This document shows positions 21,488-31,329 of a stretch of DNA of 64,000 nt, one piece after another. This DNA comes from Staphylococcus phage vB_SepM_BE08. Where the stretch lies: sequence record MT596505.1; one strand, given 5' to 3'. The stretch's first letter is position 1. Each line of letters opens with the position of its first letter. The position numbers and the translations under genes were made by a program. The notes below the pieces were generated by a model. The model was not told where the DNA came from and searched no databases. It saw nothing but the letters and a program-made list of their open reading frames with translations.

Positions 21488-21898
21488 TTACCTACGAAAG
21501 GTTCCTAGGAAGTCAATCCAATCATCGTAAACTCGTACTAAAGGTATTAAGTTATATATTTTTTCTGGGTCACTTAACTCATCAGGTGCTTCTACACCTA
21601 CGACTTGAATTGTTGCTAACATTTGGTATGCTTTATAAATCTCATCGCTTTGGTATAAATCCATACCTCCTAAGTAATTTGAACGCATAGCGTTAATTGT
21701 ACCTTGCTCTAATGCATTAGGTACTCTTAATTTAATATTGAAATCTAATTTAATTTCTTTAAAATTATAATATTTCTCAAAAACATCATTTACTCCACGA
21801 ATAACTCTTGAAACTGTATTGTCTTGTTCTTGTTCTTTCTTTCTCTTTAACTCCTGTAATTCATCAGTGTTATTATTTTGTGTATTATTTTCAGCCAT
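21488..21898 (-). CDS. candidate tail-assembly chaperone / hypothetical
   Basis: 136-aa ORF upstream of the acidic protein and downstream of promoter 21994..22021. Confidence 0.4.
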   Translation of the reverse strand: MAENNTQNNNTDELQELKRKKEQEQDNTVSRVIRGVNDVFEKYYNFKEIKLDFNIKLRVPNALEQGTINAMRSNYLGGMDLYQSDEIYKAYQMLATIQVVGVEAPDELSDPEKIYNLIPLVRVYDDWIDFLGTFRR

Positions 21899-21993
21899 AA
21901 TAAATTTACCTTCCTTTTTAACGTAAAATAAACCTATACTATTTAATTATTCATAATTAATATAACAGATAGTATAGGTTTTGTATTAATTTT

Positions 21994-22021
21994 ATTATAT
22001 CACATTTTAATCAAATATCAA
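21994..22021 (-). promoter_or_regulatory. sigma-A-type promoter (minus strand) with extended -10 TGtgaTATAAT, -35 TTGATA
   Basis: Shares its promoter architecture and the downstream 23-nt leader (21949..21971) with the promoter at 3046..3074. Confidence 0.5.
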
Positions 22022-22023
22022 AA

Positions 22024-22317
22024 TTACTTTTCCAAGTTTTTTGTATACTCTACAATTTCTTCTAGCCCTTGTTTAATACCTTCTTTATTATGTAGTAAAT
22101 AATCATAATATTCTTGTAAAGAATCATAGTACTTATAATCAATAGTAAGTACTTCTTGTCCTTTGATATATTTACGAGTTATCTTTTCAACCTTTTTAAC
22201 TGATTCTTTAAAAATATCTAAAATACTATTTACTTTAATTGCATCATATTTACTATTACCTTCTGGGAAATCTTTTAATTCTTTTTCCATTTCAAATCTT
22301 ACTTGTGTTAATTTCAT
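22024..22317 (-). CDS. hypothetical protein
   Basis: 97-aa ORF. Confidence 0.35.
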   Translation of the reverse strand: MKLTQVRFEMEKELKDFPEGNSKYDAIKVNSILDIFKESVKKVEKITRKYIKGQEVLTIDYKYYDSLQEYYDYLLHNKEGIKQGLEEIVEYTKNLEK

Positions 22318-22382
22318 TTAAATCAATCTCCTTTAATTATTTATAAGTTTATTATATCTTCTCTTTATTAGTTTGTCAACAT

Positions 22383-22580
22383 TTACATGTAAAAAATTAC
22401 GATAATCCAATATGGTATATTAGTAATAATCCATGCAATAATTAATCCAATAGAAATACCATAATACTTACTTACGTCTCCTCTATCTTTATTAATAATT
22501 GTAAACGATATTAATACTATGTTAGATACAATAATAATAAGTACATTCAGAATAATAAAATAAATTTCTATTAACTCCAT
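22383..22580 (-). CDS. small membrane protein
   Basis: 65 aa, two hydrophobic helices. Confidence 0.35.
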   Translation of the reverse strand: MELIEIYFIILNVLIIIVSNIVLISFTIINKDRGDVSKYYGISIGLIIAWIITNIPYWIIVIFYM

Positions 22581-22584
22581 ATAA

Positions 22585-23046
22585 TCACCTTTTAATAATT
22601 TTTAAACTCTCATCGTAATAACTTAAATCTAATGTTTTATGACTATCATGTGTTTTATTATAATACACTGTAATTATCTTACCTGTTTGAATTTCTATTA
22701 CACAGTATTGATAACATACTTGATTTTCTACTGTGACAATTTCTGGATGTCTAACTAATACTCTTTTATATGTATTTTCACCTAAGACTGTTTCATTATA
22801 TTCTATAATATTATCTAAATTAAAACTATCTGAATAAATCATACCTTTTAATTTTCCTAAGTTAAGGAATGTTTTAAGTTTATCTTTAGTGTGTTTTGTT
22901 AAAATGAACTTATCATTAATCATCAAAGAATACTGTAATAAATTTTTACAATGAAGTAATTCTTGTGTACTCATTTGATTTATATGTTTCTTTCTTTGTC
23001 TACTTTTACAAGTTGTTCTTCTTTCTGAATAAAATGTTTTAGTCAT
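22585..23046 (-). CDS. hypothetical protein
   Basis: 153-aa ORF. Its ATG overlaps the stop of a 35-aa ORF (TAATG). Confidence 0.4.
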   Translation of the reverse strand: MTKTFYSERRTTCKSRQRKKHINQMSTQELLHCKNLLQYSLMINDKFILTKHTKDKLKTFLNLGKLKGMIYSDSFNLDNIIEYNETVLGENTYKRVLVRHPEIVTVENQVCYQYCVIEIQTGKIITVYYNKTHDSHKTLDLSYYDESLKIIKR

Positions 23047-23153
23047 TAATAATCATCTCTTTTCTTATGTTTTATTTTTCTAGTATATTTAGTCTTATCT
23101 TTTTTAACTTGAGTATATGGTTTGATATGCCATGTTACTCTTGTCTTACTCAT
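23046..23153 (-). CDS. small basic protein (35 aa)
   Basis: ATGAGTAAGACA...TAA; overlaps the downstream start. Confidence 0.3.
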   Translation of the reverse strand: MSKTRVTWHIKPYTQVKKDKTKYTRKIKHKKRDDY

Positions 23154-23169
23154 CTTACCAATACTTTTT

Positions 23170-23328
23170 CTATTTGTCAAGATATTTCTTCCTTTCTTTT
23201 TGTAAATCTTTTTTTAATTCTGTTCTTGATTTACGTTTCATTATTTTCTTAAAATTACCTTTAGTTGTAGGATAATCGTAATAATGAAACATATTATAAC
23301 CTTTAATTTTTGCTTGTCTATTATTCAT
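23170..23328 (-). CDS. small basic protein (52 aa)
   Basis: RBS AAGGAGAG 7 nt upstream of the ATG. Confidence 0.35.
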   Translation of the reverse strand: MNNRQAKIKGYNMFHYYDYPTTKGNFKKIMKRKSRTELKKDLQKERKKYLDK

Positions 23329-23375
23329 GTATTTCTCTCCTTAATTATAATTTAACCCTTGATTATTGTCAAGGG

Positions 23376-24662
23376 TTATTTAAAACTCTGAATGTAATCT
23401 ATATAGCTTATACTACTCAGTGTTTCTTCTTGTTCTTCTTTGGTAGCTTCTCTAATAGTATATCCTTTAACAGTTTTATACTTACCCTTAACACAACCTA
23501 CTACATTAGCTTTAGGTAGACCGTACTCTGAAAATAACATTTGTAAAGGTAACTTTATTACTTCATTACCTTTCTTAGCTACATATACTTTAATACGTTT
23601 ATCAGTTATAGTTTTAGCCTTCTCAGAAAAATCTTCATCCTCGTATCTCCATAAATAACCACAACATGTTTTTCTAGTACCTGTAACACATGCTCTAATA
23701 CCTGATGATTTTAATCCTAGATTTAAAAAATAATCTTGTGCTTCTTTTAAAGTAGTAAATCTAATTTCTTCTAAGGTTTTTACATTTAAACCTACTACAT
23801 TTTTAAACCTCTTTTGAACTCCTCTTCTTTTCATTAATCCTTTTATATTACCAACACTCATGTTAAACTTATCAGATGTTTCTTGTGCTGTATGATTTAA
23901 ATAATACTCTATAATATCTTTCTCATTATCTTTATACTTAGTAAATAACTCTATATTATTTGTATACTCTAATTCTACATTTAAAAAATCTTGTATTTTA
24001 TTAAAAATATTAAATTTATCTTCATTAGGATACTCTATATATAATAACTTAATATTATTTTCTATGCAATATATTTTCTTTATTTCATCTAATTCTTGAA
24101 TTTCTTTTAATGGTTTACTCCAAGAACCTGTTGCTTGTTTAAAATGCTGTTCTCCCATATACTCAATTGCATACTTGGATTCTTCTAATTCTATATAAAA
24201 ATCGAGTCTTTGAGGTCTTTTTAGTCCTGTATTGATAGATTTTTCACAAATAAAATTTATGTTATTCTCTTTAAGTATTGTTTGTATAATTCTTTCCCCT
24301 ATACTCTTCATATTATCTTTAGGACAATTTAAGTTCTTATTATTTTCAAAACTATTCCAAATTACATCCCACTCGTTCCCTTGAGGAGATAATAATAAAC
24401 ATCTTGATGTAGTGTACAAATTTTTTGGATATTCTAATACCTTATACCCTCTGCTTTGTGCGTATGTATCAAAATACATCTTCTTACCTTCATCTGTAAG
24501 AATTTTTATTGTTTTATTTTTATCTTTTAAAATATTATTACGAGTTAATTCACATTCACATCCTTTAAACTTACCTTCAATTACAGTACCTATATATTTA
24601 CTTCCTTGTTTCCTCTTAAGTATTATACCTTTATCTAAAGCTAATTTTTTTATATCTTCCAT
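23376..24662 (-). CDS. intron-associated homing endonuclease: DUF559/Vsr-like nuclease core followed by tandem NUMOD-like DNA-binding repeats
   Basis: Core motif RLDFYIELEESKYAIEYMGEQHF. The C-terminal half has three repeats of the type GIRACVTGTRKTCCGYLWRY. It has its own promoter-like TTGACA-17-TATCAT and an AGGAGG RBS at 24665..24720, and it follows the tail-tube intron. Confidence 0.6.
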   Translation of the reverse strand: MEDIKKLALDKGIILKRKQGSKYIGTVIEGKFKGCECELTRNNILKDKNKTIKILTDEGKKMYFDTYAQSRGYKVLEYPKNLYTTSRCLLLSPQGNEWDVIWNSFENNKNLNCPKDNMKSIGERIIQTILKENNINFICEKSINTGLKRPQRLDFYIELEESKYAIEYMGEQHFKQATGSWSKPLKEIQELDEIKKIYCIENNIKLLYIEYPNEDKFNIFNKIQDFLNVELEYTNNIELFTKYKDNEKDIIEYYLNHTAQETSDKFNMSVGNIKGLMKRRGVQKRFKNVVGLNVKTLEEIRFTTLKEAQDYFLNLGLKSSGIRACVTGTRKTCCGYLWRYEDEDFSEKAKTITDKRIKVYVAKKGNEVIKLPLQMLFSEYGLPKANVVGCVKGKYKTVKGYTIREATKEEQEETLSSISYIDYIQSFK

Positions 24663-24689
24663 ATATTATCCTCCTAAAATTAAGTATAA

Positions 24690-25154
24690 CTTATGATACC
24701 ATATCATTTGTATTTTGTCAAGATAAATAGACCAAGAAATCAATCTCGGTCTACTAAATAGTAATGATTACGCTTTATCTGATGCGGTTAAATATGAAAA
24801 CGATTTATTTATTTACAAACGCTACTTTGTAAACCTGTGTCAATTCACATGCACTAGCTTTCACTACGTGGCTAGACTATTTGTTATCCCTAATTATTAG
24901 GGTAAGGATTTTTCTTCTCCCAATTACTTGGAGCTTTACTTCCGTCTTGTAACGGAATAGTCGTTGAACGTTTTCCTTAGGAATTACTTTCCCTTAGGAC
25001 TTTCGATGCTATACACCCATTACCTCAGTACTTAGGTTTTAACCTTATACCATCTTAACCATTTTTTCTACTTTCGTAACCTTCTAGTTTATTGTTTCCA
25101 ATTCCTATGTGGTTGGTTAAGCTTTAGAAGTTTCATAGCAATTAACCCTTCACT
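24690..25154 (-). mobile_element. group I intron at the 3' end of the tail tube gene (boundaries approximate)
   Basis: P7 5' strand UCAACGACUAUUCC and P7 3' strand AAAUAGUCUAGCC. Long blocks are shared with the tape-measure intron (for example CGAAAGUAGAAAAAAU and GGUUAAAaCCUAAG). The region is GC-enriched. Confidence 0.6.
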
Positions 25155-25577
25155 TCAGCAAATTACTTTACTAAAGGAGTTATTATTCTCAATTTCTTCT
25201 GTTACTATTTCATTAGTTCTCCATTCTTCATTGTAGTTATTAGCACTACAGCCATGGTAACTGATAATCACTTGTTTAGTTAAATTATCAATAACAAGAA
25301 TGTCGATAATATCTTTCTTAAGAATTTCTTCACCTAGTGAAGCATATCCTAATTTTGCAAAGTTTTCTTTTTTCATACGTAAACGTTCTACTGTTAACGT
25401 ACCTTCATATTTTAAGTAAACGTGTTCTTGTGGCATGATTGAACCAATTTCATACACACCAGTAGTTCCGTATTCACGTCTACCACTTGCTGATTGTGCT
25501 CTTCCTACTGGTTTACCTTTAATATACAACAATACGGTATTACCAGTATGGACTGTTTGTTTAGCTTGTGATGCCAT
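25155..25577 (-). CDS. tail tube protein
   Basis: 140 aa, immediately downstream of the sheath gene. Its size matches the ~142-aa tube protein of Twort/K-like phages. The C-terminal residues and stop may be altered by splicing of the adjacent intron. Confidence 0.7.
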   Translation of the reverse strand: MASQAKQTVHTGNTVLLYIKGKPVGRAQSASGRREYGTTGVYEIGSIMPQEHVYLKYEGTLTVERLRMKKENFAKLGYASLGEEILKKDIIDILVIDNLTKQVIISYHGCSANNYNEEWRTNEIVTEEIENNNSFSKVIC

Positions 25578-25636
25578 TTAATTCACTCTCCTATATTTTA
25601 TATAGAGGAGCCATTAGGCTCCTCAATAGAGCCTAA

Positions 25637-27421
25637 TTAGGCTTGTAATGCTTGTTGTTTATAAACAAGACTTACAGAAATTTTCTTAATGCTTCTGATA
25701 GGGTAAATAGTTAATGAGATTCTAGCTTCTTTACCTTCGATAATAACTTGTACATCTTCTGGTGGGAAGTCTTGAATTTCATTGTCACGTTTCTTACGTT
25801 CTAGGTAAGAGATTACAAAGTCTTTCATAATTGAAGCACTTGTATTAATTGTTCGTGTACCAATGAACTCATCTTCTAATTCTCTCTTCAATTCAGAAAC
25901 TAAGAAGTCATTAGCTTCCCCTACAGCCATTTCTGACTTAATAGGGTCAGACATGTCATTGTAAGTAGTTACGTCTTCTACAATACGGAAGTTTGTAACA
26001 GTTCTATTACGAACAAACTCGATACTAATAATACCATTTTCATTTAATTCATCTAGGTCAGTAGAATCATAAATGTTATCTAAACCATTGACATGCAAGT
26101 GTTTAAATGTAATTGATTCTCCGATACCTAAACCTGAAGCTAGACCTGCTACAGCACTTGCTACCATGTAAGCTGGTGCATGCAATTTACGACCATTTTC
26201 CATACCTAAAGTAGCACTGTTAGCGATTAGAGATACTCGAGGATTCATTAATGAAGAAGCTCTTCCATAAAGTTTTTCTTTATGTTCTGCTATTCCTCCA
26301 CCTACTATAGCTCTCATAGGTTCCCCTGCATCTGAACGTTCTCTAACAAAGTGAGCTACTTCTGCATGTACAGATTCACGAGAAGATAATGGTACGATAT
26401 AGTATCCACCTAAGTGAGCAAATTTCTCGAATTTATCAGCCCAGCTTGTAGGCTCTTCTCCGTTAGTACCACCTTCAAGTTTAGTTAACTCGAAAGGTTC
26501 AATAGTTTTAAATTTTGCACCTTCTTCTGTTGTTGCTGTTACTGTGGCATTGTCTTCTCCAGCATCTACTGTTACATCACTTGAATTAGATACGTCTTCT
26601 GGTACTCGTTCAAAATGAATTAAACCATTATATTCAGTTTGTTTTTGTAAGTCACCAAAAATAGCTGTTACATAAGCACCTTTATCTGTAACATCTAAAT
26701 CTTCTACTGGGTCAAGTAATGTACTTTCAATGTTTTTATCTCCAAAAGGTGATAACTTAGCTTCAAAGTCTGGTAGTTGATTAATATCCGTAATAACTTC
26801 GTTAGTGTATTTATATAAACCACCACTTAGGTCATACGATTTAACAACATTATCTCCAACTTTTAATACTAGACTTTCAGCTTTTTGTGTTTCATCATCA
26901 TGGATTACAGAAACAGTAGCTTTAGGCTCTTCACCAGTATATTTAACTGTAAAGATATTACCAATGTTGTCATAAACTTCATTAAATCTGTCGTTTTCAA
27001 AAATCAAACGCAAACGTAATGATTTACTTAAGTTGTTTTTCTCTAGAGCTACTTGAATATTATTAGACGCATTACCGTAAATATCTGATACGATACGTAA
27101 ACCGCCTTTTTCAACAGATGCTGGCTTAGCGTCTTCTACACGCATTGCAAAAATTTGACCTGCTGTGTAGTTAGGATTAGAACCCCAAGCTAATTCAATA
27201 GCGTCTAAAAGCTCACCTGAACGGAAAGTACGTTTTGCTTGTGAATAGTTACGTAATTTATAAACTTGGTTAGGTTCCCCGCCTTCAGCTTTACCAATTA
27301 ACATTAAAGTTTTTTCACTGGCACTTGCTGAACCGCCGATACCTGATGAATCTACTTCAATAGTAGCATGAGGTCTCGTAATAGGTCTACGTGGGAATAC
27401 TTCTTTATAATCATTTGCCAT
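25637..27421 (-). CDS. tail sheath protein
   Basis: 594 aa, Gly/Ala-rich C-terminal half, in the position expected for the contractile sheath. Confidence 0.8.
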   Translation of the reverse strand: MANDYKEVFPRRPITRPHATIEVDSSGIGGSASASEKTLMLIGKAEGGEPNQVYKLRNYSQAKRTFRSGELLDAIELAWGSNPNYTAGQIFAMRVEDAKPASVEKGGLRIVSDIYGNASNNIQVALEKNNLSKSLRLRLIFENDRFNEVYDNIGNIFTVKYTGEEPKATVSVIHDDETQKAESLVLKVGDNVVKSYDLSGGLYKYTNEVITDINQLPDFEAKLSPFGDKNIESTLLDPVEDLDVTDKGAYVTAIFGDLQKQTEYNGLIHFERVPEDVSNSSDVTVDAGEDNATVTATTEEGAKFKTIEPFELTKLEGGTNGEEPTSWADKFEKFAHLGGYYIVPLSSRESVHAEVAHFVRERSDAGEPMRAIVGGGIAEHKEKLYGRASSLMNPRVSLIANSATLGMENGRKLHAPAYMVASAVAGLASGLGIGESITFKHLHVNGLDNIYDSTDLDELNENGIISIEFVRNRTVTNFRIVEDVTTYNDMSDPIKSEMAVGEANDFLVSELKRELEDEFIGTRTINTSASIMKDFVISYLERKKRDNEIQDFPPEDVQVIIEGKEARISLTIYPIRSIKKISVSLVYKQQALQA

Positions 27422-27440
27422 ATTCTAAATTCTCCTATCT

Positions 27441-27662
27441 TTAAATATCAAATTTCTTACCTGTATACTCTTCCAGGTAAGGTAAAAAATCTTCATCTTT
27501 ATACTGGTAATGTTTACCATTCATATATGCTTTAAATCCTTCAGCTTGTCCTGGTGTTAAACCAAACATAACTTTAGCAATATCAATAAAAGTATCAATA
27601 TGAATATAACCATTAAAAGATGATTTATTACTTTTTTTAGTTGATTTCTTTGCTTGTGCCAT
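27441..27662 (-). CDS. small head-tail joining region protein
   Basis: 73-aa ORF. Confidence 0.35.
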   Translation of the reverse strand: MAQAKKSTKKSNKSSFNGYIHIDTFIDIAKVMFGLTPGQAEGFKAYMNGKHYQYKDEDFLPYLEEYTGKKFDI

Positions 27663-28494
27663 TATTTACAGCCCTCTCTTTAAAGGTTATCTTATTTATT
27701 TCTTGTGTTATTGTATAATCTAAATCAGAAGATGAAGTATAACTAATAATTGTAGGTCTTCCAAAAATATAATCACTACCGTTATCAATAATTGGTGCTA
27801 AATCACCAAAACTTAACTTCTGTAGTTGAAATGTTTGTTGCTCTTCAATACTATCACGCATAGATATTAATATCATTCTTAATACAGCATCCATACATCT
27901 AGCAACATCAACATTATATGATAACCCTACTACTGTAATACTTTCTTCTACATTCATACCTTTTACAATACCTTTAGTATCATCTGTTTTTTCAACGTAA
28001 GTAATTATAGCGTTATACCCTTCATAATCTTCATTAAAGTTATAATTAAAGTAGATTTTATTATCTTTAAATTTCATATCATCATCTTTAGCAAATACTA
28101 CATCATCTACATTAATTACTGAATGAATTGGATTACTTACTGTAAATACTAGCTTATCTCCTTCTCTTTGTGCTACTGAATTCTCAACATAAGTATTATT
28201 ACTATTTTCAAAATAACTACCTTGAACTCCACCAAGAGCTGTTCCTACTTCTTGCCCTTGTCCTAATTGGATAAGGTAATGAGCTTCATGGTTGGTTTTA
28301 AATTCTGGAAAGTTATACCCTATAGTAATTTCATGTTGTGCATTTTTACCACAAAAAGATTCTATAAAGTTATTTCTAGCTTGTTCATCAAAGTCTTTTA
28401 AAACTTCATTTATAATATAACAATTGTCTAGCACTGTACGTAATCTAGGCTTAATTTCTTTTAATAAATATGAATCTACTGATGATATAGCCAT
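27637..28494 (-). CDS. head-tail connector / tail completion-like protein
   Basis: 285-aa ORF between the capsid and sheath genes. Confidence 0.4.
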   Translation of the reverse strand: MAISSVDSYLLKEIKPRLRTVLDNCYIINEVLKDFDEQARNNFIESFCGKNAQHEITIGYNFPEFKTNHEAHYLIQLGQGQEVGTALGGVQGSYFENSNNTYVENSVAQREGDKLVFTVSNPIHSVINVDDVVFAKDDDMKFKDNKIYFNYNFNEDYEGYNAIITYVEKTDDTKGIVKGMNVEESITVVGLSYNVDVARCMDAVLRMILISMRDSIEEQQTFQLQKLSFGDLAPIIDNGSDYIFGRPTIISYTSSSDLDYTITQEINKITFKERAVNNGTSKEIN

Positions 28495-28509
28495 TAATAT
28501 ACCTCCTTA

Positions 28510-29145
28510 CTATCTTATATTTCTCATCTTCCAGTTCATTAAGTTTTTAACGTTATTTAAAGTAGTTTTAGAAAAATTATCACTATTTACTTTATCTCTG
28601 TTTAATACCCAAGCACTAGAAGGTGATTTACTTGATACTGTTCTGAATATAAAGTATGAAGCTTTCTTCTTAGGTTTACGTCTTACCTTAGTCATGTTAT
28701 TACTAGGTGATTTAGGTTTCATTGACGGGTGAGTTATATTTCTACCTTTACTCACTGCTTGTAAATATGATGTTAAAGAACTAGCTGAACTTTTACCTGA
28801 AGGTATTTGTAACTTACGCATATCTTGATAAGTATCTCTGTTCATTCGACTGGTTTTTATACGTATTGGTACAATCAAGTACCAGCCACCATTTTTAGTT
28901 CTTCTTTTTTTAGAAGATTTAGCAAAGGCTTTTTTTAAGTCTATTACTCCTTTTTCTTCTAATTTCTTTTCTGTCACTTCTAAATAAGTAGGCATACGTT
29001 TGATATAAACATCATCTACTTGCTGTGCGGTTGCTTGTAGTTTATCGAGTATATCAGAACGCATTGAATCTATAGTCTTCCTACTTACCTGCTTACCATT
29101 CTTAAATATAGTAGGTTTTTTAGTAGCTTTTACTTTTTTAGCCAT
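28510..29145 (-). CDS. head-tail connector module protein (basic, Lys/Arg-rich)
   Basis: 211-aa ORF. Confidence 0.4.
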   Translation of the reverse strand: MAKKVKATKKPTIFKNGKQVSRKTIDSMRSDILDKLQATAQQVDDVYIKRMPTYLEVTEKKLEEKGVIDLKKAFAKSSKKRRTKNGGWYLIVPIRIKTSRMNRDTYQDMRKLQIPSGKSSASSLTSYLQAVSKGRNITHPSMKPKSPSNNMTKVRRKPKKKASYFIFRTVSSKSPSSAWVLNRDKVNSDNFSKTTLNNVKNLMNWKMRNIR

Positions 29146-30020
29146 TATTTAAATGCTCCATTAAAGAATCCACCTAATGAACTTTGTCCTGATTTTGCTT
29201 TAGGGTCTTCAACTTGTAATTCAATATCTTCTTCTAAAGCATCATTAACTACATACGGGTCTGGTAGTACAATAACGTCTTCACGTTTAAGAAGTAATTT
29301 TTGAGGTAAGTTTTCAAATCTCGGTTTTGGTTCATTAAATGTTGTATATTGGTATCTACTTTCTTTTAAAATATCGGATACAACATATCTTAAAGTCATT
29401 AAAATATTTAATGAAACAGTTGAATTTTTAAATTGTTCATTTAAAAATAATCTACCATTCTCTATCTTATAATCATTTTCATTTAATACTTTTTCTTGTG
29501 TAGTTATAAATGTTACTTCCTTAACGTCATAGTATAAAGGTATACCTTTTTTAATACGTTCACCATTTACAAAATAAACTAATGATTGAGGCATTAACAC
29601 TTCAGGTACTGTAAACCTATCTCTATAAGAAACTCTAGTTTCTAATTTTGTTGTTCCTATAGCTGTACCTGTATCTAATAAACCGATGTCTATATTTTGT
29701 GTTCCTTTCTCTTGTGATTGTATCATCATATGAGTTTCTTCTGCTGGTAAATATGCAATACCTTTGCCATGACATCTAGGACAATCTAGTCTAGGAGAAC
29801 CTGTCTCTGGGTTTAGACAAGTACAAAAATATGCACGCTCCCACAAGACTTTAATACCTCTATCTTTTGTAAATCTTCTCATATCTTTGGTATCAAATTC
29901 TAATCTTGCTGTTTTATTTTCTTTCTCTACTTGGTCTACTTCACCTGAGTAAGCATAAGAAGTAGACTTATTGAATACATTTCCGTTAAATCCTTGGCTA
30001 ATCATATATGGTTTTTCCAA
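29145..30020 (-). CDS. head-tail connector module protein with a CxxC...CxxC pattern
   Basis: 291-aa ORF with FCTCLNPETGSPRLDCPRCHGKG. Confidence 0.4.
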   Translation of the reverse strand: MEKPYMISQGFNGNVFNKSTSYAYSGEVDQVEKENKTARLEFDTKDMRRFTKDRGIKVLWERAYFCTCLNPETGSPRLDCPRCHGKGIAYLPAEETHMMIQSQEKGTQNIDIGLLDTGTAIGTTKLETRVSYRDRFTVPEVLMPQSLVYFVNGERIKKGIPLYYDVKEVTFITTQEKVLNENDYKIENGRLFLNEQFKNSTVSLNILMTLRYVVSDILKESRYQYTTFNEPKPRFENLPQKLLLKREDVIVLPDPYVVNDALEEDIELQVEDPKAKSGQSSLGGFFNGAFK

Positions 30021-30033
30021 TTAAATCCACTCC

Positions 30034-30942
30034 TTAAACGCCTATCATATTAGTTCCAAAATAAGAACGTAAAGCGTCTAATAACTCTTTTATATCTGAA
30101 TCAATTTGTATTATCTGAGCACTAGCTCCACCATACATAGCTGATTGTGTAGTACCTATAGTCTCAGAAATTCCGTCTATTTCTAATGATTTATTTGCTA
30201 TTCCTGCACCAATAATTAAGTTACCCCATACTTGGTAAATCTCTTTTAATGCATACTTAACAACTAATTGCTCTAGCTCTGGTGGTATCTCCCAAGGTTT
30301 AGTTCTACCTGCTCGTTTACGAGGTAGCATACCTGATATATAATCAAGTTTTATCATTTGTGGAGCAAAAGTAGCACCACTAGGAGGATATACACCTGCC
30401 AATTGAGGATACCCACTAAATACAGCATCATAACTCATAGATTGTCCTGTTTGCATTAAAGCTGTAGGGAATAGTTGTACATGACCTGCTAAATGCTCTA
30501 CTTTCCACCAGTTAGCTGGATACTGATAAATTGGTCTACCATTGAATTGTAGTTGTAAATTCTCTACTTGTAATATTGGTTTTTTATATGCATGTACAAA
30601 CATATAACTATTAAATTCTGTTTCATAGTAATCTCTAGACTCATTTTGAATATCTGGTAAGATAGATATATCTAGTATATGTTCTGCTTTACTTATTGCT
30701 CTTTCTAAAATATGATAATAAAATTCATCACCCATAGGTTGTCCTGTATCAGGATTCTGTACAGTTATACCAAACATATAAGCTTTAACAGCATCAGGAG
30801 TCCATCCATAATCTGCTATAGTTATATTATCAATCTCACTTACATCAATATGTTTAGGATTACCTGCTGGATGGTAAGGGTACTCATAATTCATAGAGCC
30901 TTCATAAGGGTCTAAATTACCTCCGAACATTGAGTTTACCAT
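30034..30942 (-). CDS. head completion / capsid-associated protein
   Basis: 302-aa ORF directly downstream of the capsid-region genes. Confidence 0.4.
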   Translation of the reverse strand: MVNSMFGGNLDPYEGSMNYEYPYHPAGNPKHIDVSEIDNITIADYGWTPDAVKAYMFGITVQNPDTGQPMGDEFYYHILERAISKAEHILDISILPDIQNESRDYYETEFNSYMFVHAYKKPILQVENLQLQFNGRPIYQYPANWWKVEHLAGHVQLFPTALMQTGQSMSYDAVFSGYPQLAGVYPPSGATFAPQMIKLDYISGMLPRKRAGRTKPWEIPPELEQLVVKYALKEIYQVWGNLIIGAGIANKSLEIDGISETIGTTQSAMYGGASAQIIQIDSDIKELLDALRSYFGTNMIGV

Positions 30943-30951
30943 ATTCTCACC

Positions 30952-31230
30952 TTACTTATCTTCTGATTTTTTAGTTGTTGTTTTACGTGTGCTTGTTTTT
31001 CTTGTAGTTGTTTTAGGTTTAGTATCTTCTTTTTTAGATTCTTCTTTAGTTTCTTCTTTAGTTTCTTTCTTAGGTTGTGATTTTTTATCTTCAGTATAAG
31101 TGAAACCATTTAAATTAGCAAATTCTTTTTCTTGTTCTTTAGTTAAACCATTTACTTTACCTTTATCATCAATTGTAACTTTTCCATATGGAGTTGCCAT
31201 TTCAATATTAGTTTTTGTATAATTAAGCAT
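30952..31230 (-). CDS. small capsid-region protein with a basic, Thr/Lys-rich tail
   Basis: 92-aa ORF downstream of the major capsid gene terminator. Confidence 0.35.
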   Translation of the reverse strand: MLNYTKTNIEMATPYGKVTIDDKGKVNGLTKEQEKEFANLNGFTYTEDKKSQPKKETKEETKEESKKEDTKPKTTTRKTSTRKTTTKKSEDK

Positions 31231-31255
31231 AGACTTTAAATTCCTTTCATGTTAT

Positions 31256-31290
31256 AATAAAAAAAGAGGATAAACAAAGTTTACCCTCTA
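31256..31290 (-). terminator. rho-independent terminator after the major capsid gene (minus strand)
   Basis: A 10-bp stem (GAGGGUAAAC/GUUUAUCCUC) with a UUUG loop, followed by a U7 run on the minus-strand RNA. Confidence 0.55.
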
Positions 31291-31329
31291 TAAAATTTTA
31301 TTAAATTTTTCTTATTTTACTAAGCTATC

